64,000 nt of DNA from Bacteriovoracaceae bacterium (GCA_965217035.1 OZ244226.1:2524146-2588145); one strand, 5' to 3'; numbered from the stretch's first letter, positions 1 to 9,454 are shown. Translations and numbers: made by a program. The notes: generated by a model from the sequence alone, not told the origin.

Positions 1-693
1 GAGAAACTTCCTGTTTCTCCCTTGAGTCTTTTGGAGTTTGCTGGGGATGAACTTTTTAAATCAAACGCTCATCTTTTATCATTAGGTGGTGATCACTCTA
101 TCAGTTTTCCACTGACAAAATCCTGGTTAAAATATAATACAGATAAAATTGGGATTCTCCATTTCGATGCTCATACAGATTTATTGAAGCAAAGATTAGG
201 AATTGATTATTGTTTTGGTTCCTGGGCGAGTCATACGATTGAACTTATGCAAGATTCTCAAAACTTTGTCCAAGTAGGGATTCGATCAACCGGGAAGGAT
301 CGTAACCATTGGGAAAGCTCTTTTAATATTCAACAGATTTGGTCTGAAGAGGTTAGACAACAAGGAGCTAATCATATCGGAGAACAAATCAGAAAGCATT
401 TCCAAAAGCAGGGTGTAGAAAAAATTTATCTTAGTTTTGATATTGATGTTTTTGATATTGAATATGCTTCTGCGACAGGGACTCCGGAAGCAGGAGGACT
501 TCAACCAAGTGATGCTCTTTTAATTCTTTCTGAAGTGGCAAAAGAGCTTAAAATTCAAAGTGCAGACTTAGTCGAAGTTGCACCTTTTGTTCAATACCCA
601 GATCGTTATCTTAAAAATCTTGAACCAAAGACAACACTCGACTCAGCATTAGGTATTATCACTTTTCTTATGGATCATTGGAATGAGTCGTGA
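1..693 (+). CDS. Arginase/agmatinase (ureohydrolase) family protein, 5'-truncated by the window edge
   Basis: GGDHS, HFDAHTD, SFDIDVFD and GTPEAGG metal-binding motifs; the frame is open from position 1. Confidence 0.9.
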   Translation, partial: EKLPVSPLSLLEFAGDELFKSNAHLLSLGGDHSISFPLTKSWLKYNTDKIGILHFDAHTDLLKQRLGIDYCFGSWASHTIELMQDSQNFVQVGIRSTGKDRNHWESSFNIQQIWSEEVRQQGANHIGEQIRKHFQKQGVEKIYLSFDIDVFDIEYASATGTPEAGGLQPSDALLILSEVAKELKIQSADLVEVAPFVQYPDRYLKNLEPKTTLDSALGIITFLMDHWNES

Positions 694-1330
694 TGTGATT
701 GTGTTCCCTGATCCAAACTTGGCAGGAGATGACGGGCTTCTTTTTCTGGGAGGAACTCCTAATGCGCATAACCTTTTAAATGCCTATAAAAATGGAATTT
801 TCCCGTGGCCGGTTAGCAAAGAGTTTCCGGTTACCTGGTGCTCTCCAAATCCTCGAGGGGTTCTCTATCTAAATAAGTCGCATATTCCGAAAAGTGTTTT
901 GAAACTCTTAAAGAAAAACGAATATCGTATCTCTAAGAATGAAGTTTTTGAAAAAGTAATTCGTCTTTGTGATGAATCTAGAGAAGGTGAGACTTGGATC
1001 ACTGAGGAGATCATTGAAGGGTATAGTGAGCTTTTTTCAAAACGATGGGCCTATAGTTATGAATGTTGGAAGGGTAAAGAGCTTGTAGGAGGGCTCTATG
1101 GAGTGAATATTGGTAATTTTTGGTCAGGAGAATCAATGTTTAATCTTGAAAGTAATACTTCGAAGCTTTGTCTGGCCCAACTCCTGGAAGATCTCAAGAT
1201 GAAACAGGTTGAATGGATGGATATTCAAATGGTAACACCTTTAACAGAACAATTTGGTGGAGAAGAAATTTCCCGAGAAAATTTTCTAAAAATCTTAAAG
1301 CAAAGAGATTTTAGCGATCAATCTCAATAG
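683..1330 (+). CDS. aat: Leucyl/phenylalanyl-tRNA--protein transferase
   Basis: AYKNGIFPW, SPNPRGVL, TWI, LVGGLYGV, GESMF motifs. Confidence 0.95.
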   Translation: MSRDVIVFPDPNLAGDDGLLFLGGTPNAHNLLNAYKNGIFPWPVSKEFPVTWCSPNPRGVLYLNKSHIPKSVLKLLKKNEYRISKNEVFEKVIRLCDESREGETWITEEIIEGYSELFSKRWAYSYECWKGKELVGGLYGVNIGNFWSGESMFNLESNTSKLCLAQLLEDLKMKQVEWMDIQMVTPLTEQFGGEEISRENFLKILKQRDFSDQSQ

Positions 1331-2804
1331 AGCTAAGTCCGATTCCTTTTCCAATTTGGTGCAATTGAAAAGGACTTAAACCATTCATATGTTTTGAAAG
1401 GAATTGTGCTTGATTGAAATCTGGAGAGCGAATAATAAGAGTTTCTTTCTTCTTTCCCTTGGAGAGAAGAATAACATTAGAAAGACCATTTGTTTTCTCT
1501 ATATTTTGTCCGACAAGTAGTCCTGGGCATTCTTGAAGAAGTGTTTGAAGAGTTACTTCTTTGCCACTTCGTTTTACTGCTAAATTATCAAAAAGATTGT
1601 GGATGATTTTAATTGATTGATGGATTTCATTTTTTCTCACAAGAAATTGATCATAGAGAGATCCATTAATTCCAAGTGGGATTTCAAAAGAAAGGTCAGA
1701 ATAAAGATAAAAGGGATCATTTAAGCGTGAATCAATTCTTAACCCTGATGCCTTTGCGAGTATACCTGTTATTCCATAATTAATAAGTTCTTTTTTTCTA
1801 TAGCTTCCAAAATCAATTTTTCTTTTGAAAAGGTTATAATCTTTCTCAAAAGGAAGATTTTTTTTCAATATTTCGATTTTTTGAATCAATATGATGAGAT
1901 TATCTTCAACATATTGAAGATGCCTTTGAAAATCAAAATCATATTCGCTTGGAGTAAAAAACTTTTTGAATTCTTCGAGGTTCTTTTTATATGTTCTAAA
2001 AGGAGAAATAAATTTATATTTCTGAAAAGTATCAACGCATGCTTGAAGATGATCAAGGATTCGATGGGCTTCCAGGGTGATAACAGAAATGGCTTGATGT
2101 CTCTCACTAGGGATGACACCTTTATTCTTTTCGAGAGCTATTTTTAGAGAAAATAGGTAGTTAACTTGTGAGGAGAGAGAAAAATCTTTTAAAGTATTTT
2201 GAATAGACCCTGTAAGATAAAGATCTTCTCTTCTCTTTCTGTCCTGACCTATTTGTAAATAGCCTTGAACAATTTTTCGGCCTCTTCTTTTATAAAAAAG
2301 ATCTTTGCCTGCAATATTATACTTATGCTCAGAAGGAATTCGCTTCCATTTCAAATTTCTTAAATGAAAATTTTCACGACTGAGATCTTTAAAATTATTA
2401 TCTTGGGGAGTTTCTTGGACTTGAAATATCTCTCTATTAGAGTTTTGATCTTTGAAATTTAAATCATTTTTTTCATAGATTTGTCTTTCAAACCATCTCG
2501 AATTTTTCCAATGAGAAACTGTGGAGTTGATTTTTTTTCCATTTACTATCGGAACAAAAACGAAAAGTTGCTGTTTTTTATAGAGATTGGCAATATGGTA
2601 CATCAGATATTCAGAGCGTTCGAGTTCAGAGAACTGCTTTTTTGAAACAATATTTATCGAAATCAATTGAAGAAAGTCGAAGCGGTTCCTTAAAAGAGAA
2701 AGTCCGTAATTCGCCATGTCAGGTTTTAAAATAAGACCTTTATGACCTCCAGGTAGTTCTAAGAGTTTCTCTGAGTTTTGAATAAGTCTGGAAAAGTCAT
2801 CCAT
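1311..2804 (-). CDS. Divergent fused NuoC/NuoD-like (complex I 30/49 kDa subunit) protein
   Basis: NuoC-like WKNSRWFERQIYE; NuoD-like EAHRILDHL, YGITGILAKASG..D.R...P...Y, GSLYDQFLVR..EI.QS..II, IRSPDF and terminal EIDR; active-site motifs are eroded. Confidence 0.75.
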   Translation of the reverse strand: MDDFSRLIQNSEKLLELPGGHKGLILKPDMANYGLSLLRNRFDFLQLISINIVSKKQFSELERSEYLMYHIANLYKKQQLFVFVPIVNGKKINSTVSHWKNSRWFERQIYEKNDLNFKDQNSNREIFQVQETPQDNNFKDLSRENFHLRNLKWKRIPSEHKYNIAGKDLFYKRRGRKIVQGYLQIGQDRKRREDLYLTGSIQNTLKDFSLSSQVNYLFSLKIALEKNKGVIPSERHQAISVITLEAHRILDHLQACVDTFQKYKFISPFRTYKKNLEEFKKFFTPSEYDFDFQRHLQYVEDNLIILIQKIEILKKNLPFEKDYNLFKRKIDFGSYRKKELINYGITGILAKASGLRIDSRLNDPFYLYSDLSFEIPLGINGSLYDQFLVRKNEIHQSIKIIHNLFDNLAVKRSGKEVTLQTLLQECPGLLVGQNIEKTNGLSNVILLSKGKKKETLIIRSPDFNQAQFLSKHMNGLSPFQLHQIGKGIGLSSIEIDR

Positions 2805-2852
2805 GCTTTTAATTTGTCATTCTGAGTCATAAATTTCAAGTAAAAAAGTTCG

Positions 2853-3431
2853 TTGGAATCAAAATGCACTTCTTCTCAGTTTGTTTTATTCAAGGTATTT
2901 TCGTTTCAAACAAACAATGAGGTTTTTTATGTCCAAAAAAAAATTTATCTTGTTCTCTTGTTTTCCTTTTTTTTAGCAAAAGATCTTTTAGCACTCCAAC
3001 CTGGTGACCAGGCTATTGATTTTGTTCTTGAGACAGTTAATGTTGATAATTCAAGAGTGACAGAATCGATATTAAAAAGGAGAAATGGAGAAGAATATCT
3101 TTTGCTTTTTTTCTATCAATCCCATTGTATTCCATCTCGGAATTCATTTCCTTACATTAGTCGATTAAAAAAGGAGTTTTCTAGTAAGTTAGCGATTAAA
3201 CTTATAAATAGCGATAAATCAATGGCTGAAATTGAAGACTACTTCACAGAGTTTCGCGACATGACTCAATTCCCCGTCGCTATTGAAGATAATTATGCTG
3301 CTGTTCGAGCTTATGGTCGGAAATATACACCAACGTTTTTTATCTTAAATAAAAAAAATAAAATCGTTTACCGCTATATTGGAACTCCAAGTGAATCTAC
3401 GATGAGAGTTTTTAGAAGCAAAATCAAATAG
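2853..3431 (+). CDS. TlpA/peroxiredoxin-like thioredoxin-fold protein (CxxS); true start uncertain
   Basis: PGDQAIDFVL, FFYQSHCIPS, YG..YTPTFFILNK..KIVYRYIG. An RBS-linked ATG at 2929 is out of frame with this ORF (see findings). Confidence 0.75.
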   Translation: MESKCTSSQFVLFKVFSFQTNNEVFYVQKKIYLVLLFSFFLAKDLLALQPGDQAIDFVLETVNVDNSRVTESILKRRNGEEYLLLFFYQSHCIPSRNSFPYISRLKKEFSSKLAIKLINSDKSMAEIEDYFTEFRDMTQFPVAIEDNYAAVRAYGRKYTPTFFILNKKNKIVYRYIGTPSESTMRVFRSKIK

Positions 3432-3439
3432 GAAATGAA

Positions 3440-5071
3440 ATGAAAAAAAATATAATTACACTTTTTATTTCAATAACTTCAGTTGCTTGTGCCAGTTCTA
3501 AAAAATACAGTCTTACACCCAAAATGCTTAATGAGGCTAAGCTTATTCGAGGAATTAAATTTCCAGAGAAATTTAATGTTTCTTGGCTTAAAACTAAGGG
3601 AAGAATACTGGACTATATCGATTTTTCTCAAAGTACAGGTCTTAAAGTTAGTCAGCTTAATAAGGCGAAAAGTATTATTGGGATTAAGTTTCCAAAAGGT
3701 TTTGATCTCACTGGCCTCAAAACAAAAGGTAGAGATCTCGGAGAAATTGATTTTACAGGAACTATTGGTTTAACTGCTAAAATGCTAACAGAAGCAGGAC
3801 AACTCATGAGGATTATTCTGCCTGAAGGCTTTGATGTTTCTGATGTCGACTTTACAGGAAAGAGTCTTTGGAGAGCTGATTTTTCAAAAGTTAAAAACCT
3901 CACAGCAAATCATTTAAGCCAAACCAAGTCGATTGGAATGCTTGTACTTCCTGAAGGAATGAACCTTGTAGGGTTTGATACTACGGGTATCGATATCTCA
4001 AGTGTTGATTTTTCGAATACCAAAGGGCTTACGACGAAAATGCTTAATGATGTGAGCTCTATTGATGAGATCATTCTTCCTGAAGGGTTCAGCTTGAAGG
4101 GGTTTAAACCAACAGTGAGCAAGCTTTATAGAATTGATCTTTCGATGACAAAAGACTTTGACTCACAATTTCTTAATTTTATTCATTCTGCGAGAGGGGT
4201 GAAGCTTCCGAAAGGAGTTGATGTTACAGGAATGGATTTTACGGGTCGAGATCTCTCCGGAGTCAGTTTTAAAGAAGTTGTTGGGCTAAAAGCTTCTGCT
4301 ATTAATAATGCTTTGGAACTCCCAGATGGATTCCCTGAAGGATTTGATGTTTCGAAATTAGATTTAAAAGGAAGAGATCTTTCAAGTAAGGATTTCTCCA
4401 ATACAATTAATTTTACTAAAAATGATTATCTCAATAGCGGTGATAAAAGCTGGTTAAGTTTTCCAAAAAGCTTTAGCTTTGATCGGATTGATACTACGGG
4501 AATTGATTTATCAGGAATTAATAGTTTTCGGAAATGCCCAAACAATGACCTCTTTAGCTCCTTAACTGTTGAACAGTTAAATCAATCAAAAAGCTTTGAG
4601 TTTAATTGTTTTCCAAGGGGCTTCAAAACCGCAGGACTAAAGTTTCGAGCGAACCAGAGAGGAATGAATTATACGAATATCAAGACGATTATGGGAAAAG
4701 ATTTAAGTGTGACAAAAAATATTCGTTATTCAAAGTTTGGAGAGGGATTCGATTTTTCAGGATTTGATGGAAAGAACTCTAGCTTAAGAAATGTTGACCT
4801 TTCTCCAGTAAAAAACCTTACAGTTAAAATGCTTAATGAGAGTACTGGCTATTCACAATCAAAACTTCCTGCAATGGATTTGAAAGGTTTAGATACTCGA
4901 GGAAAATATCTATGGAAAGTCGACTTGAGTCTGACCACGGGGTTAACAGTCGAAATGTTAGAACAAGCAGAATCTCTTTCTGAGATAAAACTTCCTAAAG
5001 GTTTTGGTTTGAAAGGTTTCAATGCCAAGGGAAAAGATATTAGTTTAATCGATTTTTCTGAAATTAAATAA
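3440..5071 (+). CDS. Putative lipoprotein made of 12 tandem ~43-aa repeats (LRR/pentapeptide-like solenoid)
   Basis: Signal ends SVAC; repeat consensus LTxxMLNxxxSIxxIKLPEGFDLxGLxxKGRDLxxIDFSxTxG. Confidence 0.8.
   Translation: MKKNIITLFISITSVACASSKKYSLTPKMLNEAKLIRGIKFPEKFNVSWLKTKGRILDYIDFSQSTGLKVSQLNKAKSIIGIKFPKGFDLTGLKTKGRDLGEIDFTGTIGLTAKMLTEAGQLMRIILPEGFDVSDVDFTGKSLWRADFSKVKNLTANHLSQTKSIGMLVLPEGMNLVGFDTTGIDISSVDFSNTKGLTTKMLNDVSSIDEIILPEGFSLKGFKPTVSKLYRIDLSMTKDFDSQFLNFIHSARGVKLPKGVDVTGMDFTGRDLSGVSFKEVVGLKASAINNALELPDGFPEGFDVSKLDLKGRDLSSKDFSNTINFTKNDYLNSGDKSWLSFPKSFSFDRIDTTGIDLSGINSFRKCPNNDLFSSLTVEQLNQSKSFEFNCFPRGFKTAGLKFRANQRGMNYTNIKTIMGKDLSVTKNIRYSKFGEGFDFSGFDGKNSSLRNVDLSPVKNLTVKMLNESTGYSQSKLPAMDLKGLDTRGKYLWKVDLSLTTGLTVEMLEQAESLSEIKLPKGFGLKGFNAKGKDISLIDFSEIK
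3512..5068 (+). repeat. 12 intragenic ~129-bp (43-codon) degenerate repeats
   Basis: Manual alignment of the translation gives 12 units of about 42-50 aa. Confidence 0.85.
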
Positions 5072-5084
5072 CCAGCTTGAGGAG

Positions 5085-6143
5085 TTATAGAATAAAGATT
5101 TCTTGCTCCTCATCTCTTTGTTCAAGCCAAAATCTAATATAGTTTCCTTCTGGATCATAAGCTTTTAATTGTTTTTCAAGATTAAAAATTCTTTTTCCTC
5201 TTGGATCAACTCCAACTCCTGCCAAATACATCCAATTACCATAATTAGAGTAAACATCATAATCAATGAGATTTTCTTCAAAAAGCTTTGCTCCGCTTCG
5301 CCAATTGAGTTGAAGTTCATTGATCCATAGGCTAGCAAATATTTGTCGGGCCCGATTTGAGAGAAAACCTGTTGTTTTCATTTCGTTTAAACAAGCTTTG
5401 AAGAAGTCTGGAGTATCCCAATTAAGAGCTTCCTCGATGGTGTATTTTTCAAAATTAGAGAAATTTTTGGAGCCAATTATTCCATTTTCTGAAAAGTATT
5501 CTGTCTGGTGTTTTTGGTAATGCCAATAAAAGAATTCACGCCATAAGAGTTCAAATATAATCCAATAGGTTGATTTATTCGACTCGTTTTTCTTTTCAAA
5601 TCTTCGAATTTGATTATAAAGATACTGAACGTGAAGGTCCCCACTAGAAAGATAAGCCGAGAACTTTGTTGAATAATTCCTTCCCATTAAACCATTACGG
5701 GTTTCAAAATAGGATCTAGCGAGCTTGGCATCACAGAAGTAATAATGAAGCTCCCTGTCAATTTCTTTATCAAAAGGACAAACGGCATCTTCGTAGATTT
5801 CGGGAAGTAAAGCTTCGACTTTTTCTCGAAATGGCGTAAATCCTTCAGGACAATCAAAGGGAAGTTGATCAAAGAGACGATTTTGATGAGGGAGAATTTG
5901 ATTTCCAAAAATTTTTATTTCATCAGAACTATCCCAGGATAAAACTCTATCTCCTGGGGTGAGTTCAAAGTTTTCACTCCAGCGGATCGTTTTAAACTTT
6001 CTTGCGAGACATTTATATCTTTTTTCAAAATACTTAAGCTGATTTTTTGATTTATATAAAGGAGAATAGTGAATTTGCTCGAACTGGGGTTCGAGCTTTT
6101 CAATCATATAAGTATTGTTCAGAACTAATAGTCTTTTAAGCAC
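5085..6143 (-). CDS. DASH-type cryptochrome/photolyase FAD-binding domain protein with a shortened N-terminus
   Basis: YFETRNGLMG..YSTKFSAYL, STYWIIFELLWREFF, TGFLSNRARQ, LIDYDVYSNYGNWMYLAGVG.DPR; GTG start with GAGGAG RBS. Confidence 0.85.
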   Translation of the reverse strand: MLKRLLVLNNTYMIEKLEPQFEQIHYSPLYKSKNQLKYFEKRYKCLARKFKTIRWSENFELTPGDRVLSWDSSDEIKIFGNQILPHQNRLFDQLPFDCPEGFTPFREKVEALLPEIYEDAVCPFDKEIDRELHYYFCDAKLARSYFETRNGLMGRNYSTKFSAYLSSGDLHVQYLYNQIRRFEKKNESNKSTYWIIFELLWREFFYWHYQKHQTEYFSENGIIGSKNFSNFEKYTIEEALNWDTPDFFKACLNEMKTTGFLSNRARQIFASLWINELQLNWRSGAKLFEENLIDYDVYSNYGNWMYLAGVGVDPRGKRIFNLEKQLKAYDPEGNYIRFWLEQRDEEQEIFIL

Positions 6144-7581
6144 GTTTTCTCCTCGGGCGTGTATGTTTTTCTAAAATTGCCCTTGAATGGAAACGACTTT
6201 CGACTCCTTTCTTTATTTTCCATAGCTCATCTCTTGCATGTTTCGAGGCGACTTCATGATCAACTATTCTTTTGGGATATGAGACTCCATACTCAAAATT
6301 AAAACTGATCTCTTCCATTGGTGTAATCTTCCATGGTTCATGGATATACTCCACAGGAAGATGTTTTAATTCTGGCACCCATTCTTTAATAAAAACAGCA
6401 TCCTTATCTTTTTCTAGCGATTGTTTAACTGGGTTATAAATGCGAATGGTATTTATTCCAGTTGTCCCTGCTTGCATTTGAAATTGTGAAAAATGAATAC
6501 CTGGTTCGTAATCAAGAAACATTCTTGCAAGATAACCAGATCCCGATTGCCAAGGTTGCCAAAGGTGGTGAGTCAAAAATGAGACAATAGTTGAACGTAG
6601 TCTAAAATTTAGATAACCGGTGTCCTGGACACATCTCATGGCTGCATCAATGAGAGGAAATCCGGTTTTTCCCTCTTTCCAAGCTTTAAGGTATTTTTTA
6701 TTGGTTTTTTTTCTTATTTGATTAAAGGCAGGATTTAAATTTTTAAACTCTATGCTTGTTTGCATCTCGAGTTTTTGAACAAAATGGCAACGCCATTTTA
6801 TGCGAGCAACAAACTGATTGAGAGACATTTTATTTTTGATCTCTGATCGATAGGATTGGCATAAATGGTAAACTTGTCGAACAGAAAGGTTTCCCCAAGT
6901 TAAGTAGGGGGCAAGTCGAGAACAATGATAACGAGCTTTATCAGGTTGAGAGATATAGCGAAAATACCCTTCTACTTTTTCTTCAAGAAAGTCTTTCAAG
7001 TATTTTTGAGCTGCAGCTTCTCCTGCTTGCCAGTTTTTTTCTTTTAATCTAGTTATTAAAGAAGAGGGAATAGGTGAAAAGTTGTCGACCTTAATGAAGA
7101 TCTTTTCTTTGATATTAATTTCAATTAGAGGTTTTTTCATCGTCTTGATCCAAGCTGAATCCCAACCTTTGCGATTCGCCTTTCCTCTAATGACTCCATT
7201 TGTTTGAAATTCTTGCCACTCTATATTTTGTTTCTTACAAAAGCTTGCGACAGTTAGGTCTCGTTCATATGTCTCTGAGTTTCCTGTTTCCTGATGAGAA
7301 TAAAGGTTTTTTATGACATATTTCTTTTGGATTTGTTCCAGGACTTGAATCACTGATCCATAGTTGAGATTAATTGGAAAAGCTTTCTGCATTTCAATGA
7401 GTGAATGGTACTGGAATTGCCAATGTCTTAGATCGAAATCGTAATTATTTTCAACCTCTGGTTCAAAACAGAACAGAGCAATAATAGGGAGTTTTCCCTT
7501 TAAGGCTTCTGATAGGGCCTCATGATCTCTTATTCTTAGATCTTTTTTTAGCCATAACAAATTGATCGATTTCTTTGTCAT
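6136..7581 (-). CDS. Cryptochrome/deoxyribodipyrimidine photolyase family protein
   Basis: WLKKDLRIRDH, CSRLAPYLTWG, GKTGFPLIDAAMR, YLNFRLR, FLDYEPGIH, IRIYNP; ATG at 7581 preferred over the TTG at 7611. Confidence 0.9.
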   Translation of the reverse strand: MTKKSINLLWLKKDLRIRDHEALSEALKGKLPIIALFCFEPEVENNYDFDLRHWQFQYHSLIEMQKAFPINLNYGSVIQVLEQIQKKYVIKNLYSHQETGNSETYERDLTVASFCKKQNIEWQEFQTNGVIRGKANRKGWDSAWIKTMKKPLIEINIKEKIFIKVDNFSPIPSSLITRLKEKNWQAGEAAAQKYLKDFLEEKVEGYFRYISQPDKARYHCSRLAPYLTWGNLSVRQVYHLCQSYRSEIKNKMSLNQFVARIKWRCHFVQKLEMQTSIEFKNLNPAFNQIRKKTNKKYLKAWKEGKTGFPLIDAAMRCVQDTGYLNFRLRSTIVSFLTHHLWQPWQSGSGYLARMFLDYEPGIHFSQFQMQAGTTGINTIRIYNPVKQSLEKDKDAVFIKEWVPELKHLPVEYIHEPWKITPMEEISFNFEYGVSYPKRIVDHEVASKHARDELWKIKKGVESRFHSRAILEKHTRPRRKRA

Positions 7582-7661
7582 AACCCATTTTACAGGGGCT
7601 TTCGAGGCCAAGCGAACCTGTCTAAGCTCTTTTGAAGCGGTGAGCTACAAATCCTTAGGGG

Positions 7662-7690
7662 TAGACACAAGTGCCTGAGATAACTAATAT
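7662..7690 (+). promoter_or_regulatory. Putative sigma70 promoter of tRNA-Leu
   Basis: TAGACA-17 nt-TAATAT about 35 nt upstream of the tRNA. Confidence 0.45.
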
Positions 7691-7725
7691 TAGAAAGACT
7701 CAAATACCATACCTAAAGAACTCAT

Positions 7726-7813
7726 GCTCGGGTGGTGGAATTGGTAGACACAAGGGATTTAAAATCCCTCGGCTTTTTTAGCTGTGCGGGTTCAAGTCCC
7801 GCCCTGAGCACCA
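7726..7813 (+). tRNA. tRNA-Leu(TAA)
   Basis: GCTCGGG/CCTGAGC acceptor stem, AGGGA-TTTAAAA-TCCCT anticodon arm, long variable arm, GTTCAAG T-loop, encoded CCA. Confidence 0.97.
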
Positions 7814-7871
7814 TCTATAACTTGTTGTAAACATTAAAGAAAATTTCAAAAAATTTAAAGTGTTTGAACCG

Positions 7872-9395
7872 AATGTCCTCGCTTAATGGTGGGTCATCCC
7901 CCCGACAACCCGATAGACATTGACCTTCATGACTTCAACTTCGCCAGTTTTCAATCACGATCAACGTAAGTACCTATTATTTTACCTCGATTTTTGATTT
8001 TTAGATATACCTTGCCACCGAAGTGTTTTTCACTCGCTATTTTGATCGAATGATCGCTAAAAACACCGTCTTATCGGCAATGATAGAGAAGCTTCAGTCT
8101 GTAATTTTTGAAGCTCCTAAATCCGTACGCACATCTTTGAATCAACTTTGCCTTGCAGTTATATCCTTCAGTCCTTCCGTTATTTAGTCTGTTTGTTGAG
8201 AAGTAATTTAAAATCTCATTCTTCCACTTAAGAAGTGTTCGCCTAAAGCTAAGAACTTTCTTTTGTTTGGAGTGTGCCATATCATCAGTTAAAGAAAGTA
8301 GCGCCTTCTTCGCTCGATTGCAACCCTTCGTTTTATAAACTCGATAAAGCCGCTGTTGGAAGTGATAAACTTCTTTTAGATCTTCATTGAGTTCTAAAAA
8401 CTTATCCACGCTTCGTCTGGTAAAGTAATCCATCTTCTTTCGGTACTTATAAATGAGCTTGTTGATTGGATTCTTTCTCGAAGAGTTTAGTTGGTACATC
8501 TCAACAGTTTCCTTTTTAAGCTCATTCAAAAGTGGATGCATCAATTTTACAACATGGAACTTATCAGCAATCAATCTTGCGTTTGGAAAAAAGTCAAAAG
8601 CAAAGGTTCTAAAAGTGGGAGACAAGTCAACCACAACGTTTCGGATATTTTCACGACCGGGGATGTCTGCTATATGTGAGTTCTTTAAATCATCAATAGA
8701 CTTACCCAAAGCGACTTCTTTCATGCGTTTGTTATTATAATCAATAAACACTGTTACAAACTCTCGCTTGGGTCCTCGGATATTTCTTTGGAAGGAATGC
8801 TCGTCAATCCCAATCGTTTTAGGCCATGGATTTTGAGATTTCCGAAGTTCTAATTCAATTTGCTGATAAAAAGCTTTGTAAATCGTTGCATTGGAAAAAC
8901 TAAGAGCATCCTTCACTGACTTAAGATCCATAAACTTTGAGGCACAATAACGAATGTGGGCACGCATTCTTTCAGTGGTTCTAAAACCTTTATTGATTCC
9001 TCCAACTGGTTCAGTAAAAACTTTTCTGCATTCGAGATTTGAACATCTAAATCGCCTTTTTTTGATGACTAAAGTAACAAACTTAGATCGAATGGGTTGA
9101 TCTCTTGGAGTGACAAAGCGGTGGTCATAGATACTTGAAGTTTTGGTGGCACAATGAGTACAAACTTCAAACTCTGAGACTTTTTCGCATTCAATGAAAC
9201 GTGTTTTTTTGATCCATTTTTCTGTGACGAAGCGCAGATCGGGAAGCAGTAAAGACTGTGTTACTTTGGACTCTGACATGAGTTTTTCTCCTTCTGTTAA
9301 AATCTAAATCGCAATTAAATTCTAACGAAGTTGAAGCTCATGTCTTTTTTATCGAGATTTTGTTTAGAAGTGACCCACCATTAAGTGTGAAGACC
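7872..9395 (-). mobile_element. ISL3-family insertion sequence
   Basis: Transposase flanked by inverted repeats with a perfect 15-bp core CTTAATGGTGGGTCA (7882-7896) / TGACCCACCATTAAG (9371-9385); the left outer end is degenerate. Confidence 0.85.
8071..9279 (-). CDS. ISL3-family transposase
   Basis: CTHC/RRFRC zinc finger, IGIDEHS, VVVDLS, IADKFHV, NGRTEGYNCKAKLIQRCAYGFRSFKNY. Confidence 0.95.
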   Translation of the reverse strand: MSESKVTQSLLLPDLRFVTEKWIKKTRFIECEKVSEFEVCTHCATKTSSIYDHRFVTPRDQPIRSKFVTLVIKKRRFRCSNLECRKVFTEPVGGINKGFRTTERMRAHIRYCASKFMDLKSVKDALSFSNATIYKAFYQQIELELRKSQNPWPKTIGIDEHSFQRNIRGPKREFVTVFIDYNNKRMKEVALGKSIDDLKNSHIADIPGRENIRNVVVDLSPTFRTFAFDFFPNARLIADKFHVVKLMHPLLNELKKETVEMYQLNSSRKNPINKLIYKYRKKMDYFTRRSVDKFLELNEDLKEVYHFQQRLYRVYKTKGCNRAKKALLSLTDDMAHSKQKKVLSFRRTLLKWKNEILNYFSTNRLNNGRTEGYNCKAKLIQRCAYGFRSFKNYRLKLLYHCR

Positions 9396-9396
9396 G

Positions 9397-9454
9397 TATC
9401 CATTGTATTTTAAAAAATTAAGGAATTGTGAGCGCTTAGCTCACGGAAAATATT
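9397..9454 (+). repeat. Truncated copy of an intergenic repeat (others at 10650-10765 and 14437-14552)
   Basis: 26-bp identity TGAGCGCTTAGCTCACGGAAAATATT with 10740-10765; ungapped similarity back to the IS end. Confidence 0.85.

Noticed and set aside
9422..9444. GGAATTGTGAGCG matches the start of the E. coli lac operator
   Set aside because: The match stops after 13 nt, lies within a native repeat whose other copy differs, and there is no vector context; treated as coincidence.
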